The notes under the pieces were generated by a model that was given only the letters and a program-made list of their open reading frames with translations, was not told where the DNA came from and ran no database searches. 64,000 bases of DNA from Caecitellus pseudoparvulus (taxonomy: Eukaryota; Protista; Bigyra: Bicosoecida). The DNA is taken from the NCBI GenBank assembly GCA_965644315.1, contig CBFFRQ010000048.1, forward strand, positions 1 through 64,000. The letters are read 5' to 3'. Below are positions 1 through 11,888 of this stretch, in pieces (position 1 is the stretch's first letter; every line of letters begins with the position of its first letter). The translations under genes were made by a program, and so were the position numbers.

Positions 1-1
1 C

Positions 2-3000
2 GGCAGTGGTTTGTTGGGCGGTGGCTCGCCCAGCGCCTTGCCCGGCAGCGTGACGCCAGGTGTGCAGTCGCTGACGCGCCTCATGACGCAGAAGGGCATT
101 CACTCCAGGGAAGCTGTCCTGATCCAGAAGTCTCAGGAAGCTTTCTTGCTCGCCTCACGGCTCGGTACACGGGTGGAGGAGGCGCAAGCAGCAGCAGAAA
201 CCCACCTGGCCGCGGCGACTGCTTTTCAAGAGCGAACCGATGCAGCGTCTCGGCACCTAGCCAGAGCTGCAGCTCGCGAGAGCAAAAGGCGAGACACCCC
301 CATGCATACCACAGAGGCGGTGTGGCGTGACATGCGCCTGCTGGCAGTGCCTGACGCACTGGCTGCTGAGCATGTGGGACAGCGAGTCGCCCAGCCCACG
401 CAACAGGACACCCATGCAGCACGAGGAGGGGTCACGTCGGGCAGCATCTTTGACCCGGCTGCAGACGCCAAGCTCATTGCTCCTGTGGCTCTGCGCACAC
501 CAGTCTTCCTCATCGGGCGCCGGGACTGGGTGTACCCCGACGACGTGGATGCGTCGGTGTCCTGCCCGACCTTGCCAGCCGTGGGCAAGTCGGCCTCTGG
601 CACGCCCCGCAGCACCACAGCAGCAACGCAGCAAGGCAGCATCGCAACGGCATCGTCGCAGCACAAGAAGGCCATGCGTGGCTCTCTCGTGCGGCGCAAG
701 GAGCTCGCCGCAATGGCAGACTTTGGCCGCGTGCCTTGTCCGCTGGGAGCTGCAGCGCGGGGTCTCTCCCGGACAGAGCGTGTGGGCAGGCTGCGCGCCC
801 TGCTGCAAGAAGAGACCACCTTGCACGTGGGGCGCTTCGCAGAGTCGGTGCAGTGGGAGCCCTCGCCCGACCTGCTGCAGCGAGCAAGCACGCCAGGGAT
901 GCTACGAAGGATAGCGGATGCAGACCCTGGCCCGGCCACTGCGAGAGGTGGGGCCGAGGGGGGGGCGGGGCTCTTGCCCAGGCCTTCTTCAGGCCACGCA
1001 CCCACGCCTGTGCAGCTGCCCATGCCAGCCCTGCTGTCGTTCGTCGTCGAACGCATCGAGTTGGGCGCTGGGCACGTGCCCGTCGCGCTGCGGTACTCCA
1101 GGTCGCACTTCCGACGGCGCTTCTTGACGCAGCCCGTGGCGAGCATGGTGCGAGCGCTCACATGGCTAGTGCACTGCATGACATGGCGGGCACATGGCAC
1201 CAAGGCGCAGCAGGAGGTGCTGCTGACGTTGGTGGCGTTCCTGTACCAGCGCCTGCTGAGCGGCATCCGAGGCCCCGGCACGGACAGCTTCTTCCAGTTC
1301 CTGCTGCCAGCTGCAGCAGAGGCCGTGTGGTGTGCGTTGTACTTTTCCATTCCGGGATCCCGTGGTCACTACGACGCTGCGCTGAAGCTGCGGCTGGCGT
1401 TGATTGTGTGCCGGGTCGTGTCGGGGTCAGAGATGAGCCCCAGCGCAGTGCTGCACCTCATGCACAGTGCCTTCCCCGACGCGACTCCTGACGCACCCAT
1501 CGACAACACCCTTGTGCTGAATTCCTCTGTCCTGGGCGATGCAGGGGCGCGCCTGGGTGGTGGGGAGCGCGCTGAGGCACCTGCGTCGCCGTCACCGGCG
1601 CAGGCAGAATCGCACAGCCCGCGCCATGCCGAGGACAGCGCCCGCGGGGGCGGCGACAAGAGCATCTTCCACACACGCCTAGCGTCTGGCACGGACATCA
1701 ATGATGCCCTAGCCAGCCGCTCCTTGCTGGATGCAGTGCACATGACACCTGCTCAGCGAGCCGCCCTCGGAACACAGGGCGCGTACGAATTCCAAACCCT
1801 GCGCGCCTTGCCTGAGCACGCCTTTGTGCCCCACACCGCATACACAGCGGCGTACGAGTACGCACATTCGTACCTCGTGCAGCGCCGCATCATGGGCATG
1901 GTAGAGGAGGCTGCCCGCGCCGAGCATGGCGTGGAGGGGGACGACACGATGTCAGAGGAGTTGCAGTGGCGCGTGGAGGCGCGCAAGCGGGCTGCAGCTC
2001 ACTCCCTGGCCATGCAACTCATCAAGCAGCGCGTGAAGTACCGGGATATTTCTGTGCAGTTTCCCCTGCGTTCCACCAGCACGAACTTGCAGCGCATGTT
2101 ACCGGGTGTGACGGCGGCAGGTGCGTCCACCTTTCGCATGAAACTGTCCACCCTGACGCCATGGAGCAGCACCGGCAGTGTGGACACCTTCTGCCCTATC
2201 TTGCAGCGACTGGTGGGCACCGGTGAGCTGCCTGCTGACCTGCACTCCCTGCAGGCATCGGCCAGCGAAGGCGCCCTGCCGCAGCCTGGCCAAGCATCAG
2301 CCGTGGCGGCTGCACAGACCGGGGATGTGCCGGCGCTGCAGCCATCCGCCTCCAGCCCCGACATCCTCGCCGCCACGACCCGCCAAGGTGCAGACGCCTT
2401 CACACAAGCAAGGGTCGATGCGGGTGTGCCGCCAGGGCACGCCACAGCACCAGCACACCAGCACGTGCGGCGGAAGTGGGGCAGCATCAACGCCACCATG
2501 GCCCGCCGCCGCAAACAGGCGCGGCAGGCAGCTGCCGCCTCCTCAGCCACTGCGGCGTCGTCCTCGGCGGCCATCGGCAAGGAGGTGCGGCGTGCGGTAG
2601 CGTCCTTGCGCCGGCCAGGCGCCGTGCAGGGTGTGGAGGCGGCTGCGAGGTTGGTGGCGGCGTCGCACCGTGGGGTGCACCCGGCACGTCGCCGTGACGC
2701 CGCCCGGGCCAGCCAGCACACCCACGAGTCGGCAAACATCAGCACTGCGCGATTCTTGGACGGGCGGCGGGGGTGCTTGGGGGTGCCGGACAGTGCAGGG
2801 GGCCTGCCTCTGGCTGCCGCACGCAAGGTCGCAGCGACCATGTTCGGCGAAAGTCCGGCGAAAGAAGGCGACAAGGCCTCGAAACTGCACGCTGCGGTGG
2901 CGGAGGAGGTGTCTGCTGCAGCTGCAGCCTCCGCTTCCCTCGCTGCCACCCTGCAGCGGGCTCGCGCCACTGCCGGGACGAGGGGGGCGGGGGAGGCGGC

Positions 3001-3430
3001 CGGGCTGGAGGGGGACCCGACCAGCGGGGGAGACGGCACGGTGGACCGGTCGGGTATGAAGGCCGTGGCCATGGGGCCTCTGGCCACGGCCGGAGAGGTG
3101 GTGCAGGCTAACTTCTCGCCCCTGAACCCAGCCAAACAACACGCCCGCCACCGGTACGTACGCATGGCCCTGCCCAGCCCCAACCCGCTCATGCGCCTGC
3201 ACAGGTCGGCGGCGGGGAGCGCGGCGGAGGGTGACGTGTTGCCTGGTTCGGCCGCCATCATCGACGGCGAGCTGGTCACGTTCACGGCGCACTCGGCGGC
3301 GTCAACGGTCGCCGCCGACACGGAACGGGCGGCGCTGTTGGAGGAGGCGCTGGGCAGGGCCCCCGATGCCGACTCGCTTGTGGCACGGGCCATTCAGGAG
3401 GCGCATGAGGAGGGTGCGGTGGACCTGTAA
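2..3430 (+). CDS. FAM227-like (FWWh domain) protein, 5'-truncated
   Basis: Frame is open to the window edge. The central segment TWLVHCMTW...VAFLYQRLL...DSFFQFLLPAAAEAVWCALYFSIPGSRGHYDAALKLRL...VSG resembles the FAM227 FWWh domain; the rest is Ala-rich low complexity. Confidence 0.5.
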   Translation, partial: GSGLLGGGSPSALPGSVTPGVQSLTRLMTQKGIHSREAVLIQKSQEAFLLASRLGTRVEEAQAAAETHLAAATAFQERTDAASRHLARAAARESKRRDTPMHTTEAVWRDMRLLAVPDALAAEHVGQRVAQPTQQDTHAARGGVTSGSIFDPAADAKLIAPVALRTPVFLIGRRDWVYPDDVDASVSCPTLPAVGKSASGTPRSTTAATQQGSIATASSQHKKAMRGSLVRRKELAAMADFGRVPCPLGAAARGLSRTERVGRLRALLQEETTLHVGRFAESVQWEPSPDLLQRASTPGMLRRIADADPGPATARGGAEGGAGLLPRPSSGHAPTPVQLPMPALLSFVVERIELGAGHVPVALRYSRSHFRRRFLTQPVASMVRALTWLVHCMTWRAHGTKAQQEVLLTLVAFLYQRLLSGIRGPGTDSFFQFLLPAAAEAVWCALYFSIPGSRGHYDAALKLRLALIVCRVVSGSEMSPSAVLHLMHSAFPDATPDAPIDNTLVLNSSVLGDAGARLGGGERAEAPASPSPAQAESHSPRHAEDSARGGGDKSIFHTRLASGTDINDALASRSLLDAVHMTPAQRAALGTQGAYEFQTLRALPEHAFVPHTAYTAAYEYAHSYLVQRRIMGMVEEAARAEHGVEGDDTMSEELQWRVEARKRAAAHSLAMQLIKQRVKYRDISVQFPLRSTSTNLQRMLPGVTAAGASTFRMKLSTLTPWSSTGSVDTFCPILQRLVGTGELPADLHSLQASASEGALPQPGQASAVAAAQTGDVPALQPSASSPDILAATTRQGADAFTQARVDAGVPPGHATAPAHQHVRRKWGSINATMARRRKQARQAAAASSATAASSSAAIGKEVRRAVASLRRPGAVQGVEAAARLVAASHRGVHPARRRDAARASQHTHESANISTARFLDGRRGCLGVPDSAGGLPLAAARKVAATMFGESPAKEGDKASKLHAAVAEEVSAAAAASASLAATLQRARATAGTRGAGEAAGLEGDPTSGGDGTVDRSGMKAVAMGPLATAGEVVQANFSPLNPAKQHARHRYVRMALPSPNPLMRLHRSAAGSAAEGDVLPGSAAIIDGELVTFTAHSAASTVAADTERAALLEEALGRAPDADSLVARAIQEAHEEGAVDL

Positions 3431-3619
3431 GGGTCTCATGGTCGGCGAGGACCAGCGCGAGCCAGCTTTGCTCGCCTTGGCCACTCTGGCAGGGCAACGA
3501 GCCAGCAAAATTCACCCCACACTGCACTGATGCGCATGGGAGTGTTCAGGCCACTACTGCTGCAGTGACAGGTTCAACCCCGAGCGCAGCAGCTTGGGAA
3601 GGAGGGAGGAGCTGGGTTC

Positions 3620-3628
3620 AATTTCCGC
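3620..3628 (+). promoter_or_regulatory. Candidate core-promoter motif AATTTCCGC (also 21324-21332 +, 28645-28653 -, 57021-57029 -)
   Basis: The same 9-mer lies in sense orientation 0-50 nt upstream of four modelled start codons. Confidence 0.4.
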
Positions 3629-3637
3629 GCCGCTGCA

Positions 3638-4607
3638 ATGTTGGGCACGCGGTTCCTCTCGCTGTACCACATCACCAACGCCATTTTGGCGAGCTCCTAC
3701 CTGTTCATTCGGGAGTGGTACCCCCGCTCGACAGTGAGGGGCCCCAGCCAGCTCATGGGCTCCATGGGCGTGACCATGGTGCGTCGCCTGCCCATGCCAC
3801 GCGAATTCCCGTTGGCTGCTCACCTTGCGCCGCAATGCTGCAGGAGGCTGAGATTGCCCTGGCTGCCCTCGTCTACATCGCCGCTCGGGTGAGGCAGTAC
3901 GCGTCGTGGGAGGAGTTTCTGGACCGCCTGTTCTTCCTGGCCAAGGCAGTCAGCCTGCTGCTGCTGTACATGACAGACTCCACTGCCGCGCTGCGGTGGG
4001 GCATCGTCGCCGGCCGTACGTGCCAAGCAGTGTGCGTGCCACGGGCAAGGCCCCACCATACACCCCGCTACCCCCCTGTCCGCAGTGCATTTCTTCATGG
4101 TCCGGCGACCGGCCTTCGACGGGGCTTCCGAGGTAGAGTTCCTCGTGCCCACGGCTCTGGCTCGGCAGGTGTTCCAAGCACCTGCCGAGGAGACATGGCT
4201 GGTCCTCTACTCTGCCGCTTGGTCTGAGGCGTCAGAGTATGTGTTCCCCATCTTTGCAGACCTCTCCGTGCAGTGCGTCGATGCGCCTGCCCCCCGCTCC
4301 GTGCTGCGCTAAGCTTGCACCACACAATCTCGCCGCTGGCTGACTCAGGTACACTTCGGATCGCCTGCGGTTCGCCACAGTGGAGGCGGGGCGCTGGCCA
4401 GAAGCAGCTGAGATGGCGGAAGTGGACGACAGTGTCGGCTCAGGGCAGGTGCCCAGCATCATCCTGTACCAGGACGGGAAGGAGGTGAAGCGGCTGCCGC
4501 CGAAGGGAGCCGACGGCAAGGTCAAGCCTGTGAAGATGGACCGAGGCACGCTGAAGCGCTACTTCGACTTGGACCGGCTGAAATTTGAAGAGAGCAAGGT
4601 GAAGTAG
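3638..4607 (+). CDS. TMX2: Thioredoxin-related transmembrane protein 2-like; exons 3638-3778, 3844-4015, 4086-4272, 4349-4607
   Basis: Three GT-AG introns (65, 70, 76 nt) join the frames. TM segments are followed by WLVLYSAAWSEAS...IFADLSVQYTSDRLRFATVEAGRWP...QVPSIILYQDGKEVKRLP, which matches the TMX2 thioredoxin fold. Confidence 0.8.
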
Positions 4608-4928
4608 GCGTGGTTGTGGCGCGTTGCGCACTGCCGCCTGACCAGCGGCAGTGAGGGGAAGGGGGCGGGATGTGCACCCCTCGCACCTGCGACGGGCCCA
4701 TCGGCGTTGACACGTCGCAATCGGCAGGCGCGGGCATGATTCAAGGGCTGTCGTCACCCATCGAAGCACAACACATCCATGCAATGCATTCCGCATGGCG
4801 TCCCAACCTCTCAGCTCACCGCTCGGCTGTGGAGTGGAAGGAAACGGCACGCTTCGGCAAAGTGCGGGAGGCGGCAAGTTCGGCGAAAACGCCAGCCAGA
4901 GTTGGGCTGTTGCTGGACACGGCATCTC

Positions 4929-7900
4929 ATGGCTGCTGCACCCACTGATGTGAGGGAACTGCCTGTCTTGTCTGAAGTCGATCTGGAGGGCGCAGCGGTG
5001 TTCTCCAGCCTGGAAGTGCGGGCGGACCACATCGTGTTGCGGCAGTTGACTGAGCATCAGGCTCAAGAGAAGAGCAGCACGGCCGCCCCAGCGACCCGCA
5101 CGTTGTCACACGCGAACTTCATTGGCCTGAGCCAGGACAAAAAGGGGGCTTTAGTGCTGCATGCACTTGTGCCAACCCCTAAGCCCCCGCCGGGAGCCTG
5201 TACGTGATGTGTGCTGAGCAGTCCAGGCTGCACGTGCGATTTCCGCAGAGGACCAAAACACCGTCGCACTGACTGCCCTCCCCGCGCCTCAGGTGACTTC
5301 CGGTGCTGGTGCAGCCGCACACCTGATGACAACACATACCTGCGCAGCAGTCCTCGCGAGCTGGTGTCGTTCAGGGTGCTGCAGGCTTCAGCCGGGGACG
5401 CTGGCTTGGTTGCTGCTTTGAGCTTGGCTTCGGTGGGCACTTTGCGCCCTGAACTGCGCACGCTGCGCATCATTTTGAACCCGCATGGCGGGCACGGGCG
5501 TGCAAAGCGCGTGCTGGAGGACATCGTCCTCCCAACCCTGCGCCTGGCGGGTGTGGGCGTGCAGGTGACGCCCACTGAGTACGCTGGGCACACGATTGAG
5601 ATGGGCGCCGAGTTTGACCCCGACGACACAGAGGGCATCCTGTTCATCTCGGGAGACGGCGCCGTGCAGGAGTTCCTGCAGGGCCTTGTGTCTCGCCCAG
5701 ACTGGATGCAAGTGGCCACCCGCTTGGTGCTGGGGCACATTGGCTGTGGCAGCGCCAACGCCCTGGCCCGTGGCCTGCACACCATGCACCCCCTGGCGGC
5801 AGTGCACGCCGCCATCAAGTGCCGCGTGCGCCCCCTGGACGCGGCCCTGCTGAGCTCGGGTGACGGGCAGCACCGCCTCAGCGTCTGCGGCATCGGCTGG
5901 GGTGTGCCAGGGGACATCGCTGCCGCCTCAGAGGAGTGGCGCTCGTGTGGCGGGGCGTACCGATACACCTGGCTCAAGTGCCTCAAGGGCGTCCTGGACC
6001 GCAAACGGCACAACGCACGGGTGTCCTACACACTGCAGGGTCTGCGCCCGGTGTGGGCGACGTCGAAGAGGGGGGGAGGGGGCCCCAAAGACCCCGCTCC
6101 CAGGCTGAAGTATGAGCTGAGTGGGCGGGCTCACCTGCACGCCTTCTCCTTGAATCCCAACCCCCAGTGGACCCGGCTGCCCGGCATGCCCACGCACGAG
6201 GCCATCTTCCCCCCCGAGCGGTATGGGCTGCTGTACAGGGGACACCCCTTGCCCCTGCCGCCTCCCGCCACACTCACCCCGCTTGCAGAGCTGCCTCTGT
6301 CCACACAGCGGCGGCTGGGAACAGTTAAAGGCACTCGGGCACGGGACACAGCGCTGGCGGTAGCGAAGTATCGTGCCGCCCGGCTCGCTGCCCGGCAAGT
6401 GGCGGGGGGGGCCGATGTGGAGGGCGGAGGGGGGGCCAGCCCCCGCCACCCCCCCCGTCTGGCCACCCTGGCCCTGGGCACCGCAATCAGCTCTGCTGTG
6501 TCTGAGTTCACAGCGGCGACGGGGCGTGTGACACGCGACGAGGCGACGTTCCGTTCCGACACGCTGCGGAACATGGGCGCCTTCACAGAGGCTGGCCTGT
6601 TGAAAGTGCTCCTGCCAGCAGATGGAGAGGAGACGGGCGGCGGCATCCGCTCCAGCGCCAAGACGGCCCAATCTGCGGCGGTAGCTGGCCTGCAGCGCAC
6701 AGGCACCCTCATGGGTGCAGGCGTGCCGGGTGCGGAGCCTGTGCCCTTGCAGCCCACGGAGCTGATGCGGCAGATCAGTGTGGACACCCGCGACGGGCGG
6801 GTGTACTTTTCCATGGGGACGCGGGATGGGCTGGGCACGGGCCTGGACCGGGCGGCGACCCCCCCCGTGTCGCCCATCGCCGAGCTGCCGCCAGCGGAGG
6901 AGCGATCCACGCCAGGGGCGCCGGGAGCAGGGGGTTCCCAGGGCGCAGCCTCCAGCGAGGGGGGGGGGTCTGGGGACACGCAGGCGGGCGACGAGCCAGG
7001 CGAGCTGCCCACACCCCTCGCGGGAGACCTGGCTGCCGCGTACTACTTCATGTTCACCAACGCCGATTCCAAGCTGCACCAGCGCCTGCAGAGCCGGGCA
7101 GCAGATGCGCTGCGGCGGAGGTTTGAGCCCACAGAGATCCACGTGGACGGGGAGGAGCCCGTCATCACCCGGGCCAGGTCCCTGGACGCGACGGCGCCAG
7201 GCCAGACGCCTGCCAGGGTGCTGTCTGGAGAGGACTGGCGGGGTGGTGCGTGGCTGTGGCGTGAGCCAGAGGAGGACTTTGACTCTGAGGAGGAGTGGGC
7301 GGGGGCGCAGGGGGGTGTGCCCAGCGGGCCGGGCATGCTGCGCAGTGCGTCCACACCCCTGAGCGGGGCTGCCTTGGGCAGTGCCTACCAGCCGACGCCA
7401 GGGGTGGTGGTGGCCCCCACGGAGAATCTGGAGGGCGCCGTGGGTGTTGCGGAGGCGGGCGGGGGGGGCGTGGGCGAGGCCGCCCCCCACAAGGGCAGTG
7501 TTGGCCGCTGCATCACCCGGCACAGAGATGGCACCGTGACGCCACCTGGGGCGCTGGAGCACACCCCACGAGGGCAGTCACCACCTCCTCCCGGCTCAGA
7601 CTCCCCAGCAGGCATTGCCATCCCCCGTGCACACGTCATCAGCAGCTCCCTCACACTGGTCAAGGCCCCCAGCCAAGAGGAGGTGGGTGCGGCGACTGCG
7701 ACAGGTGGTGGCGTCGCCGGGGCATTTGTGCACCCAGCGCAAGTCCCCGTGGCGCTACCGCCCCCCGTGCCCCAAGACGGCAATAACGCCGAGGACGCGG
7801 GCGAGGCCCAGTCAGTGGTGTCCTTTGCCACACCATCGGCAAGTGTGACGATGTCCCCTGCCGCTGGCACCGGCATTCCATCACCCACAGGCATTCCGTC

Positions 7901-8498
7901 CCTGTCCCCGTCGCTGCGCCCGAGCACGGTGATGGGGGTGCCTGGCGCGGCCAAGGCGGCGCGGCACGCGCGGGCAGTGCCCTGGCGACACGAAACTGGT
8001 GCCTACATTGCTGTGGGGGCTGTGAACATTGCCCAGGACGCCTTCGCATCTCACCCCTCTGACGGCTTCTTCGACCTCATGCTGGCCCGGGAAGGCGAGA
8101 GCATGATGCAGGTGTGCGGGCTGCTGGGTCGGTACATCGTCGGGCGTGAGTACGACTCGCCCATGATGGACTACTACAAGGCCTCTGCCGTCGTCATCAC
8201 GCCCATGACCCGGGCACCCCGGGGCGCATGCGGCGGCTGGCTCTCGTGGCTGGCTCGTGGCTGCGGCTTGGCCACCTGCGCCGGCACCGCCTGCGAAGAC
8301 ACCAGCACGGGGGAGCGGTTCGTGGAGAGCCACGAGCGGGAGGTGCTGAACGTGGACGGGGAGGTGCTCACCGCCACCGGCCCCTTCACCATCCAGCACC
8401 TGCCCGCCCTCATCACCGCCTACGGGGAGCCGTACCGCTCTGACACGCACACTGTGAACCCCCTGGACCGCCCACCGCCCCCAGCCATCCCGCTATAA
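4929..8498 (+). CDS. Sphingosine/ceramide kinase-like (DAGK catalytic family) with a large insertion; probable intron near 5200-5290
   Basis: Motifs ILNPHGGHG, SGDGAVQEFLQGL, GCGSANALA, SEEWR..GGAYRY, DGFFDLML and NVDGE. The start is inferred from the upstream exon MAAAPTDV. Confidence 0.8.
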
Positions 8499-8504
8499 TT
8501 CATT

Positions 8505-10444
8505 TTACATGCCAGGGTACCCCGCGGGGTTGTACCCGCCCCCTCCCGCTGCTCCGAAGTCCATGCCCCGCAGGAACTCCATCCCTGGCTCTTGGGCCAG
8601 GCGCGCCAGACTGGAAGCAATGGCTTCCTGCCGCTCAGGCTGAGGGGGGGAGGGCACGGACGCGCCGTGGGCCTCTGTGTCCTCCTCGAAGTACGCTCGG
8701 GCGTACACCACACCATCGTCATCGTCCCATCGCGTGGAGCCCACGGACAGCGCGTCGTCGTCTTCGTCCACCCCCCCAGCAGCGACAAGGGGCTCAGCAG
8801 CGTCCGCCTTGGCTTCTGGTGCCCCCTGTCGCGCTGCAGGGGCAGGTGGCGCCCGGGTCCTGACACGCGCCCGCTGCAAACCTTGGGGTATGTCCTGTGG
8901 CGGACCGGGTGCCGCCGCCGCCCCCGACTCCAGCAGTGCCAGCACCTCCTGCAGCTCGGAGCTGGGGGCCTCCTTGCTCTCATCGTCTGCCGGGAGCACC
9001 ATGCCTGGCGGCACCAAGAGGTCCAGAATGGCGCCGCCACGCCCACCCTCCCCGACCGCTGTGTCCAGGCCAGCCGTCGCGTCCTCCTCCCCCAGACGCA
9101 ACTGCACGGATCCTGGGCTTGGCAAGGAGTTCAGCAGGACCTGGTGCTCCGCCGCTCGCAGGCGCCTGCGTCTCTCCGCGCCGGTATCAGGCTTGCTGGG
9201 AGGCGCCGCCGCCCCTGCCCCACCGTCAGCTGCTGCACCGCTGCGGCTGCCGCCCCCCTCCGCCCCCGGCAGGCTAGGTGGCGACGGAGAAGGGTCCACA
9301 GAAGCCAGCAGGCGGTCCAGAATGGAGCCAGCACGGCCAGCCTCACCCCTGGCCGGTGTGGGCTGCGCCTGCCCCCCCGTGCCGCCCTGAGCGTGCAGGA
9401 TGCTGAGCAGGTGTTCCTTGGGCAGGCCCAGCTCCCTGGCCAGCTTGCGCACCGCTGCAGGCTTCAAGGCACGGGCGCCCCCCAGGCTGCGCAGGACCCG
9501 GTCGAAGACACTGCGCACAGCACCCGCACGGCGCGCTGAGCGAGCCGCCAGGACTGCCTCGGCATGCTCCACGTAAGACAGGCCGCTGGCGGGGTCATAT
9601 GCGTCCAGTTCGGGAGGCACTGCCAGCTTGAAATCAGCAGGTGTGACGACTGGGCCAGTGACGTCCACGTCTTGTGGCGTGCTGCGCGCTGCTTGGGGGG
9701 CAAGCACGCCCCCTGCAGCAGCTGCTGCAGCACGGCGCTGCCGCCCGACCAGCCGAGCATCCACGGCCTCTGCACTTGCCTCGTCAGCTGCAGCCCCAGG
9801 CGCGCCATGAGCAACAGGCTCCTCAGCTTGTTCGGCACGCACTCGAGCCAGCTCTGCGTCCACCTTGGCACGCATCTCTGCCTCTGCGCTTCCCAGCACC
9901 GCCTCTGCGTCAAAGTCGAAGGGGTTTTCGCCCTTCGTGGGAGTCCACTCCACTGCCTTTTGCACGGGGCCGCGGCTGGCACCCAGCCGTTGGTTCACAC
10001 GGGCCTGCATCTGCTGGAAGAGCGTGGACTCCTTGGCCTGGCCCTCCGCCGTGCCGGGTGAAGCCTCAAACGGCAACGCTGCCTCCTCGTCAGATTCCGC
10101 ACCCAAGAAGTCCAAATCGTCGGACTCCTCCCCATCCTCCTGCGCGAGCAGGCCCGACACGTGAATGTAAGCAGCCGTAACATACTTGCCCATGCTCGCC
10201 TTACCTGCAGGCCTGCTCGCTGGGAAAACGCGCTGCGCACTGCGTCCCCTGAAACAGTCACGCCTGAAACGCCCAGTCGCCTGCGGCAACGCGGAGGCAG
10301 GCAGTGCAGAGCGCGGCGGTGCCCCAGGAATCAGGCAACTTACCCCCCCTCAGACATGATGCTGACGGCAATGGCGTCCCAGTTGTACGCCATGCTGGGC
10401 GCCAGCTCCACCACCCGCGCAACGGCAGCGCTGGGAAGGGCCAT
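8505..10444 (-). CDS. Hypothetical acidic/Ala-rich protein, two 5' introns
   Basis: Long 3' exon in ORF 8505-10289. Upstream exons MALPSAAVARVVELAPSMAYNWDAIA... are joined by GTAAG..CAG introns. Confidence 0.55.
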
Positions 10445-10658
10445 GGTCGTCAAGCACTCGCCACACCCTGGCGGCAGAGGACCGAAAGAGCAGTACAAAT
10501 TGTTTGACGCACCCTGGACCCGGATCAAACCAAATTCGAGGTCCAGCTTCTTTGGCTAGCTGCTAAGAGTGAGTGTGCATTTGGAGAGGGCCCATGCAGC
10601 ACGTCCGCCAGCCAACGACTCCAACCCCCAAGCAGTGGTGCTGAGCAAGGCAGCCCCA

Positions 10659-11888
10659 TCACCTGCCCGCGGCCCCTGCGCAGCCAGGCTCTCCACAGGG
10701 CGACGCGTTGCACCAGAAGCCGTACTCGTTGGCCAGGGTCGCGGCGCGCACATGGGGAGGAGGCAGGTGCTGGCTTTGGGTGTAGTTCAACGTCACCTCC
10801 TCGCCCTCGGCAATGTCCTGGGCAGCTGTCACGACGGCCGTGGGGCCCAGTGTGAAGGACAGAGTGGCGTTGGGTGCGCAGGAGTGGTTCAGCAGGCTGC
10901 ACGCGAGGAAAACCCCGGTGGCCACTGGCGTCTCGCCCCCCTCACCTGCTGCGCCAGCGCCCCCCACCAGGGCCTTGCCACGCAGAGGCGCCGCACCCAC
11001 CTCCGCCTGGGGCACGCCGCCCACGAAGGCCACGTTGTCATCTGCCGCGGCGGCCTCCTGGGCCAGGGCCTTGGCGGCATTGGCAGGCAGTGACACTGGC
11101 TTAATGTGGGCCAGGGGTGGGATGGCGGGGGGGGGCGTGGACAGCGCCTGCAGTGGAACACTCAGCGCGTTCAGGCGCAACAGGCCACGCATGGCTGCGT
11201 ACCACTCCAGGTTGTACGTTGACTCGAACACGCCGTCCACCTCCTCTGCCTTGCCGCCCTTGGCCACCAGCGCTGCAGCGAAGCCCTGGCGCAGCAGGGC
11301 GTACTCCGTCGCGTGTGCGTCGCGGTCTGCAGCACTCCACACGTCCTTTCCTGTCGCCGCACACAGCTGCTCCACGTGGGCCCAGTACGTGTCGGGGTCA
11401 CTGACCCAGCTACGCGCGAGCATGCCAGCCACCGCCAGCATGTGCCGGGCCGCTGCCGGGTGCTGCTGCACGGCATACTGGTACAGCGGCCCCACTGCCT
11501 TCCACCAATCATTGAACCCTTGCTCAGTTGCCGTGGCAGCGCACTTTGCTGAGCAGGTGTGCTGGGACAACCCGGACAGGTCCCCTCCGTCCCGAGGAGG
11601 GGTGGAGGAGGCAGGCACGTCCAGAGGGTTGCAGCACACCATGCACAGGTGCACATGTGCAGATGGGGCCATGGACAGGGCGAGGGGCAGCTCTTGGATG
11701 ATCTGGTCGCCGGCAGCGTAGGACTCCGCTGCCACGAGCTTGCGCCCTGCTTCGGCAGAGGCCGCGATCCGCACACCGTATGTGTGCTCCAGCACAGATG
11801 AAAGTGCTTCCTGAGCGCTGGGCGCCTGCGTGCACAGGCGTCGCGCGCCCCTTGCTAGGGTGGCGCGGGCAGTGTGAACGGCCTGCAT
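10659..11888 (-). CDS. SMYD-type SET-domain lysine methyltransferase with a predicted mitochondrial presequence
   Basis: GRKLVA..GDQIIQELP, MYND-like CMVC..CSAKC, SLLNHSCAPNA, DIAEGEEVTLNY and post-SET YGFWC. The N-terminus is Arg-rich and lacks acidic residues. Confidence 0.85.
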   Translation of the reverse strand: MQAVHTARATLARGARRLCTQAPSAQEALSSVLEHTYGVRIAASAEAGRKLVAAESYAAGDQIIQELPLALSMAPSAHVHLCMVCCNPLDVPASSTPPRDGGDLSGLSQHTCSAKCAATATEQGFNDWWKAVGPLYQYAVQQHPAAARHMLAVAGMLARSWVSDPDTYWAHVEQLCAATGKDVWSAADRDAHATEYALLRQGFAAALVAKGGKAEEVDGVFESTYNLEWYAAMRGLLRLNALSVPLQALSTPPPAIPPLAHIKPVSLPANAAKALAQEAAAADDNVAFVGGVPQAEVGAAPLRGKALVGGAGAAGEGGETPVATGVFLACSLLNHSCAPNATLSFTLGPTAVVTAAQDIAEGEEVTLNYTQSQHLPPPHVRAATLANEYGFWCNASPCGEPGCAGAAGR

